Origin: Trypethelium eluteriae | Lineage: Eukaryota | DNA: 44,791 nucleotides | Assembly: GCA_051942245.1 (NCBI GenBank) | Contig: JAVECL010000141.1 | Span: 1 to 44,791, forward strand | Direction of reading: 5' to 3' | In this document: piece after piece, positions 37,019 to 44,791 of the stretch | How positions within the stretch are numbered: the stretch's first letter is position 1 | Layout: each line of letters opens with the position of its first letter | Program-made: the position numbers and the translations under genes | The notes under the pieces: model-generated | Seen by the model: the letters and a program-made list of their open reading frames with translations, nothing else | The model's database searches: none | What the model was told of the DNA's origin: nothing

Positions 37019-39561
37019 ATGGGCCCAATACGAAACATTCAAGGTCAAGACGATGATTTTGTGCTCACTTTATCAGACGACGATCAGGCAGTAACAGAGC
37101 TAGACGATGCGTCTACGAACTCCACAACCCCTCCACCACCCACAAATGGAAAGAAGCGAAAGCGAGCAGAGAATAACCGTGAACACGCCAACGGAAAAAA
37201 GCACAAAAGACTACCTGTCAAAATTGACAAAGGGAGCGGTTTGAATGGAGAAAATGGCGGGTATACTCGAGCAGACGGTGACAGGACAAATTCACAACCC
37301 AAAGGCGAAGATGATGGCGCCATGAATTCCGACTTTGAATTCCAGACTGGGGATGCAAACCTTGGCAAGCTTGACGATTTTGATGGCTGGGGTGTTGCAG
37401 AACCAAGGCTTGAGGAAAGACAGAGAGGTGACAAGAAGCCCGTGGATATCGACGAGATAATTGCCAGACGGCGGCAAAGAGCGGACCCTAGACATCAAAT
37501 GGATGAGTCGCAAGCTGAGAGTGAAGAAGACCTGGGTATATCGGGGCATAGCTCGGATAGAGAGGAGTCGTTCACGGCGTTTGATAATGAACAACAAGGC
37601 GACGAGCTATTGGCTCCAGATGGTTTTGGCATGGGGTTTACCAGGGACGATGAAGAGTCAGAAGAGGGCACAGAAAGTTCGTCAAGCAGAAATAAGTCCC
37701 CAGAGACGAGTGAGGCTGGCGATGATGACGTGGCAGAGCATGTTCCACATCCTAATGACCTTGCAGCTGCTGAAGACGATGATAATGAAGAGAACGGCGA
37801 AAATGACCCCATAGAAGCTGAACGCCGTGCTGCCTTTTTCGCTCCTGATACTGACAACAATGGCCATAAGTCCTCGGTGATTGGTCCATCAAGCTCATTC
37901 CAAGGCATGTCACTCTCACGTCCTGTGCTTCGTGGTGTTGCTGCCGTCGGCTTCTCTGCTGCGACCCCGATTCAGTCCAGGACGATACCTATAGCGCTTC
38001 TTGGTAAAGACGTCGTTGGTGGTGCCGTGACTGGTTCTGGAAAGACAGCCGCATTCATCATACCAATTTTGGAACGACTCTTATATCGACCCAAAAAAGT
38101 GGCTGTCACCCGCGTTGTCATCCTTATGCCCACTCGCGAGCTTGCGGTGCAATGCTTCAATGTCGCGACTAAATTGGCGAGTTTCACAGATATCACATTT
38201 GTACAATTAGTTGGAGGCTACAGTGCGCGTGAGCAAGAACAGCAATTGAAGAAACGACCCGATATAATCATTGCAACCCCAGGCCGATTTATCGATCACA
38301 TGCTTAACACTGCTTCCTTCGCCATTGATACTATCGAAATACTGGTTCTGGATGAAGCGGACCGAATGCTCGAAGACGGTTTTGCTGATGAGCTAGACAC
38401 GATACTCAAGACATTGCCCAAGGGTCGACAAACGATGCTCTTTTCGGCCACAATGACGGACTCTGTGGACAAACTTATCCGATTAGGCCTGAGTCGTCCT
38501 GTACGTTTGATGATAGATCCCAAGCGACAGACTGTGAGTGGATTGGTGCAAGAATTCGTACGATTACGTCCTGGCAAGGAAGACAAACGGCTCGCCTATC
38601 TAATGTATCTCTGCACCGAGGTCTACACGGAACAAGTCATCATATTCTTCCGTCAGAAGAAAGAAGCGCATCGGGTTCGCGTCATCTTTAGCCTCTGCGG
38701 CCTCAAAGCGAGCGAGTTGCATGGCAGCATGAGCCAGGAACAGGTACGCAATATGCAATATCAATTCCAAAGGTCATCATCACCACCGTATCAACATGCT
38801 GATTATACTCTCTACAGCGCATCCAAGCCGTAGAAGCATTTCGGAACGGCAGCAGCTCCTTCCTCCTCGCGACCGACCTCGCCTCCCGCGGCCTCGATAT
38901 CCGCAACATCACCACCGTCCTCAACTACAGTGCCCCACAATCTCATGACATATACCTCCATCGTGTCGGACGAACGGCGCGTGCGGGGCGCACGGGTCGC
39001 GCGTGCACCTTGGCTGCGGAGCCCGACCGCAAAGTTGTCAAGGAGGCTGTCAAAGCGGCGCGGACCCAGGGCGCCAGGATTGCGAGTCGGACAGTGCCAG
39101 CGGAGAAGGCGGAGGAATGGGCGGAGAGGCTGGAAGGGCTGGAAGGAGAAGTCGAAGAGGTGCTAAGGGAGGAGAAGGAAGAAAGAGTGATGGCGCAGGC
39201 GGAGATGCAGGTGAGGAAAGGGGACAATCTGATCAAGTACGAGGACGAGATCATGTCGAGACCGAAGCGGACGTGGTTTGAGAGCGAGAAGGACAAGCGA
39301 GCGGCGAAGGAGAGGGGAAGGGTGGAATTGAATGGGGAAGAGGCAGGGAATAAGAAAAAGGAGAAGAGAAAGTTGAGTGGGAAAGAAAAGAAAGCGTTGA
39401 ATGATCATGATGACAGGCTTGGAGGGGGGAGAATATGGAAGAAGGGTCGAGCGGGGAGGGCCGGGAAGGGCGCATTGGAAAATGTTGGGAAAGGCAAGAA
39501 GGTAAAGGGAAAGAATGTAGCAGATAAAAAAGCCGCTGCGAAGAACAAAAGAAGAGGCTAG
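37019..39561 (+). CDS. DRS1: DEAD-box RNA helicase Drs1/DDX27 (60S biogenesis)
   Basis: Acidic N-terminus, AVTGSGKT, PTRELA, TPGR, DEAD, SAT, intron 38744-38817, YLHRVGRTARAG and the Drs1-typical SRPKRTWF C-terminal motif. Confidence 0.96.
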
Positions 39562-39653
39562 ATAAGAGCAAATTCAAAGATAATCGATTGAAAAACAGTC
39601 AATTCCTTGAACAGAGTTCTTCGAAAGGAATATAATAGCTTGTCAACCAAAGA

Positions 39654-41505
39654 TCAGCTATCCTTCTTTCGCGACTTCATCCACTCCTCGACTACATGGC
39701 CATGGTCCTCCGGCAAGTGTTGTTGAAAGATATCCGCAAACCAACCTCTCTTCCGCCTCTTTTCCAATCCCAAATCACCCATCAGAAGATCAAAGTAGGG
39801 TAGCGAGTCAAACGCAAAATCCGGATGTCGATCTCCAACTCCACTAGGATGTCTCCATCGCCCAAATTGTGTCATCAGCATCGTATCCCACATAATACGG
39901 GAATCCAGTGAGTCACGCTCGAAGCGTCGCCGTGTACCGCAGGAGAAGTGGTCCAAGCAGCGTTCGACGTTTAGTGAACCATCCAGGAAAGATGTTATCC
40001 AGAGCGCTTGCAGTTCCGCGATGGTGGAAGTTCGGACAGTGATCAACATGCCGGCAAAGGCGATTGTGCGCTGCGAGATGAAAGCGGGTGGGGCTATGAA
40101 GCGGAATAGACGCCACGGGTGGGAGGGTCGATCGTTCGATGTATTCTGTTTCCAAGATATTTGCCGAGGTGATGGTGTTGGCTGATTCTTGAGGAAAGGG
40201 TATCGTTCCAGAATCTCGACATCGGCAAGCTTAGAAAGCTCCACCTCGCTATCACTAAGGCTTTTGCAACCTGGCAATCCAAGGTCGTTCTCGATACCCG
40301 AAGGCAGAAATTTTATGGGGGGCGAATGTGACCACCCGGTCGCAGATACAATGGTATCGGCTTTAAGATCGACACCATTCCGAAGGTGGACTTTGTCTGC
40401 TGATAGCTTCTCTATATCGGAGATATGAACTTCAATCCTGCCAGTACGGACCAGGCTTTGAAAATCATTATCGTAGGTGAGAAGACTGAGGCCGGATCCA
40501 TGCCAAAATGGAGGTGTCCATGGCTTCAGCCTTTTGGTTTCAGCGCTCTTGTTAAAATCCAACGCCTGCTCCACATCTGCGGTCAGGATTGCCCAGAACG
40601 ACGATAAGATAAATCTTCCGAGCAGGGTGCCATTGAGAAATCTACGGACGAAGCCATATCCATCGGCTTCACCCCATACGCAGGGGCTAAACCACGTCAG
40701 CAGGCGCATACCAAGAAGTCGCTCGATCCATATCTTGAAGGGTGTGACCAAAGAAGGCACCATCCAGAGCGGGCCTTTTCCAGACTCCCGAATTATCAAG
40801 TGTACTTTCTTTCCCCGTGAAGCGTACGAATAGGCAGCATCGTACGCCGACTTGCTATTTCCAAGCACCACGATGTCTGACATTGCCATCAACTCCGGGT
40901 CACGCTGCACGAGATATTTCGTGTGGACAATTGGTCCTTGGAACGCCTTGCTGCCAAGTATCTTGGGCACAGATGGCTCGGAGGTTAGACCGGTGGCAAT
41001 AATCAATTTTCGAGCAAGAACCTGTCTGTTTACCCCGTCTGCAGTGGAGACAATGGACAGAAGCCATCCTTCGCTTCCTTTACATTCAGCAGTCTCGACT
41101 TTAGAATTGCACTGTAGGTGCTCATTTAATCTGAAATGCTTCGCGTAAGCCGCAAGATACTTATGAACGATCTGGCCTGGGATGTGTTTGCCCGGTTCCG
41201 CGCCAAACTGAGCCTTAGTCATTGGGAAGTCGCCAGTCTGGAAAGTTCCAGCTTGATTATTGGTCTTCAAGAAAGGATAGCATCGTGAGGGAGACCAAAC
41301 GCCCCCAATTTCCGGGCTGGCCTCAAAAATGGCAAGACGGATCGAGGGATGGACTTGGAGGTAAGTTTTCGCAGCGATAAGTCCTTGCCATCCTGCATAT
41401 TCGCTATGAGATCCGAAATTCGAGAGACTACCTTGAGTGGAGAGGCCAATGAGAATTTTGGGTAGACCTACCAGCTCCAACAACAACGACGTCTAATACA
41501 TCCAT
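39654..41505 (-). CDS. FAD/NADPH-dependent flavin monooxygenase (FMO-like), 2 exons
   Basis: MDVLDVVVVGAG|WQGL across a short intron, IGGVW, ATG, FQGPIVH, GNSKSAYD and a second ATG motif. Confidence 0.92.
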
Positions 41506-43266
41506 GTTCCGAACCTCGTCTCAAATTTGTGCCAAGGTTGTAAGGATAAGGAACGTAGTTCCAGACTCAAAAACATTAGCAGGACTGAGAGAAATGACGC
41601 TGAAGAAGCGGAGAAAGACGAGTCCAATGGCGATAGAGGGACATCCAAGGCGGCACGGTTGGCGGTTTTTACTTTTGCTACTCGCAGTTACACAGACAGA
41701 GTCGTTAATGCGTCTCGGCGCCCGAACGCAATTATAGATCCTTCACGGCTCATATTTACCTTTAGAATAGTAAAGCAGAGCATATACCGTTTTAATCTAT
41801 GGACTCGGACGTCGACTGCCTTCCTCTGCGGCAAGAAAGTGTTGAAAAATGTGTCCGGAACGGTCTCGAACTTTTCAGCTCTTTTGACTGGAGCTTGCTT
41901 GGGCGACGGGATATTCTAGGAGAAGTATCTGATAGGCGGAGTGCAGATGGCAAGGGCTTGAGACAAGCACTCTAATTAGTTGGTGCCCCCAGGAATCTCA
42001 GCCGCTTGAGTCCGGCTCATGTTGTTCTGCAACTATTGTTTTAGCCCCATGCAGATCATTAGGAAAGCAGATTTGTGATAAGACCGCCTAAAATAGTCAA
42101 CACCGTCCGCTTCCACATCTCGTAATGACGAGTATGACGAAAACATGCTGCAACGCTATTCGCATCGACTACTTAAAAAGAAGGAATTTCGATAATTGAT
42201 TCAGTACATTGTATGAATCCATTCACCATAGGCACTTCTAAGCCAGCAGGGGCCAACAGAAGCTCGTTGAGATTCTTATCTTCTCAAGGAAGAACATGGA
42301 TACAGTCTTCGTAAGAAGGTGCCCGGTGTTCGCTGACTTGGTCTCTTAAGAAATGGCAGTAGAGACTGCAGCATAACTACCCTGGCAGAGCAGTTCCTGC
42401 TCCAAACCTCAAATGTTCAGCCTTCACAGGCGTTATTGTTCAACTCACAGAAACGCCCTTCTCATTGGATGTTACGAAGCTGATTGGAGCCGCGAGTTTC
42501 TAGTGCTCCAACCGATGACGCTTCGGCATGCCCAGAACTCCTAGCAAGAAGCCTAGTATGCGTGCATGAAGTCATGCCAAATATTCAAGAATTGATCAAT
42601 AGACGGATAGTTCAGCCAGCATGGATTGAGAAAAGGCCTGGATACAGGCACACAAATCGAGACACTTGCAACTCTAGCACTAAAGGCTCTATTGGCGAAA
42701 GTCGGGACGTTTGACGCAATGCTCGGCAATAAACATGGTATCTTATGATGATTCAACGCAAAAGATGGTATGGTCGACAAATTAGTCGCAGGAGGCTGCG
42801 GTAGCCATATGGAGGTGGATTAATTGCGATGCTCATTGATGAGTGGGGAAGAAGAAGAAACACCTAGCGAGGAATTATCAGGGGACTCAGGACACTTTCG
42901 GAGAATTGTGGAGGTGACAGCGTCACGTTAGAGCCAGTCTTGTTAGTAGAGAAGGGACTTGTAGAACACCATTAGCATTCAGGCTACATTGAGCTCAGTT
43001 CAGAAATGGTCAGGCATACTTTGGCAAGCGTCGAACTCGTTGTGGCGAACCGACCGATTTTCACGATGTCTGCGAGGTTTCCAGTCTGAAATTTATTCGA
43101 CCCTCCTCTGTCCTTTCCATGCCTCATCGCATATCGTCCAGCTATTCCCTGATGAATGACGCACCTCTTGGGCTTGTGAGAGGCGGAAGGCTTACAACGA
43201 AGCAGTGCGTAGGACGTCGAACGTGCTCCGAAGGGCAGTTTCTGTGATTGTATGACCGCAGATCCA

Positions 43267-43808
43267 TCAGTACCGGTATCTTGTCGAGTAGTCCTTTGGC
43301 GATACCACCAAACCCCTGCCCTTCTTGGCACCCTTGTAGATGGTTTCGATGATATCAATCAGCTCTTGTTTATCCTCTAACACCCAGTTCTGAACCAAGT
43401 TAGCATGGAGCCTGGCATGACAATCAGTGACTGGAGTGAACTTACAAGCTTGTTATTGTTGCCCGTTCCAAAGTCACACATCATGTGCTTATTTCGGAAG
43501 AAAAACATGACCGTCATTGGATCGTAAAGCTCGTACATCTGATTAAAGTCCGGCACCTTGTCAAGATCGCAGACTATGTAAGTCAGAAGGAGGGAAGTTT
43601 TGGAAAAAGTAGGACGAAGTTACGCACGATAAATGACGGCAAAGTTCTTCACTCGATCTGCGATGCGATAGAGGACCTCGTCTTGACGCATGCAGTCAGG
43701 ATTCCAGTCGCGTCCAAAGCGGATGACAACCAGGCGCTCTTCTTCGGAGAGGATGGCCTGGTCGACGTGCCAGCCAGTTTCGAGATGTGGGAGGACGACA
43801 GAACCCAT
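43267..43808 (-). CDS. DIB1: Thioredoxin-like U5 snRNP protein Dib1/TXNL4A, 3 exons
   Basis: MGSVVLPHLETGWHVDQAILSEEERLVVIRFG...VPDFNQMYELYDP...GTGNNNKL|NW...KGRGLVVSPKDYSTRYRY*. Confidence 0.97.
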
Positions 43809-44068
43809 TTTAGTGGTCTGATGAGTTGCTTGCACTTGCAAGAGGTCCAGCAGTCGAAGTTGATGTAAAGTTTAGCGGCGCGTGGGCTTACATCAATTTG
43901 CACGAAACGGTGAAACTAATCCGACACGCGAAGAGGCTCTACCTGCCATACGGCCCCACCAGCCAGCCCCCACCCACCGCCACGAACCTTCCGCACGGTG
44001 ACACCTTGCTCTGATCCCATCCCCAACCCAAAGACCTGCTTGAGGCAACTCTTAGAAATCGTTTTCCC

Positions 44069-44791
44069 ATGGCTGAAGATATAGTTTTGGAGGATGCTAA
44101 CTACGTCTCGGAAGAGGATGAAGATTTTAATCCCACCGCTGTCGCCGACGGAGCCGGTTCCGAATCATCGGGCGAGGAAGACACCAACCAGCCTGCCACA
44201 GCTTCAAAAAGCGGCAAATCGGCAAGACGCGATGATCAATTAGACTTTGAGAACTCGGGCGATGAAGCTACAATCCAGAGTGCAAAGGCGCGTCGGAGGA
44301 AAAGAAACAAGAAGAAGGGTACGCAACCGGCAGACGATGAAGACGACGCTTCTGGCGTAGACGTCGATCTGCTGGACGAAGATGGTGGTGAAGGAGGTCT
44401 GGTCAAGACACGAGCACAGAGGAAATCTGAAAAAGCAGAGAGAAAGCAATTAGCGGGCACTGAGGGCGCTACAGCAGATGTCGAAGCAATCTGGGCTCGA
44501 CTCATGAGCGCCCCCTTGAAGCCTGCACCCGGAATAGATGAATTCGAGAAGGCTTTCGCCATCGAAGACGACTTATCTATTCCTAAGGATCACAATCAAA
44601 CCAATGGAGCAAGCAAAGATGAACCCAACCACGAGAAGCCCGCAGCAGACCCTGCAAATACTTCCCATCCCTCCGCCGGAACCGCAGACGACGACACCAT
44701 AACCATCCACCGCACCTACGACTTCGCCGGCGAAACCCACACCGAGACCAAACGCGTGCCCAAAGACTCCGCCGAAGCCCGCCTCTACCTC
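44069..44791 (+). CDS. SWC5: SWR1 complex subunit Swc5/CFDP1 (BCNT family), runs off the window end
   Basis: Y.SEEDEDFNP N-terminus, GGEGGLVKTRAQR, and TIHRTYDFAGE..TE.K.VP.DSAEARLYL motif; frame open to the window end. Confidence 0.9.
   Translation, partial: MAEDIVLEDANYVSEEDEDFNPTAVADGAGSESSGEEDTNQPATASKSGKSARRDDQLDFENSGDEATIQSAKARRRKRNKKKGTQPADDEDDASGVDVDLLDEDGGEGGLVKTRAQRKSEKAERKQLAGTEGATADVEAIWARLMSAPLKPAPGIDEFEKAFAIEDDLSIPKDHNQTNGASKDEPNHEKPAADPANTSHPSAGTADDDTITIHRTYDFAGETHTETKRVPKDSAEARLYL

Noticed and set aside
41920..43200. Possible small spliced gene on the minus strand (GTGAGT..CAG intron-like stretch near 42397-42449)
   Set aside because: No consistent open frame across the putative exons; cannot be supported without RNA data.

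Overview
Filamentous ascomycete (Pezizomycotina) genomic DNA: short GT-AG introns, RIP-damaged transposons and typical fungal gene families. About 1-36.6 kb is an accessory, partly decaying region; about 36.9-44.8 kb is mostly core genes (DRS1, an FMO-like gene, DIB1, SWC5). The accessory part holds two RIP-mutated Fot1/pogo DNA transposons, each inserted at the TA of a Tyr codon in a host gene. One is full length, with perfect 44-bp TIRs, and splits an NLR-like PNP_UDP / HeLo-like / ankyrin gene that has no visible nucleotide-binding domain. The region also has a probable LTR end, a solo LTR inside a truncated HR-PKS pseudogene, a TA-flanked MITE, an SDR and a deleted FAD-oxidoreductase. Two secreted GH43 enzymes (endo-arabinanase; exo-beta-1,3-galactanase with CBM35), a frameshifted sugar porter paired divergently with an intronless bacterial-like ThDP enzyme, a P450, a PTH11-like membrane protein and a GMC oxidoreductase follow. 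All family calls rest on motifs recognised by eye; no searches were run.
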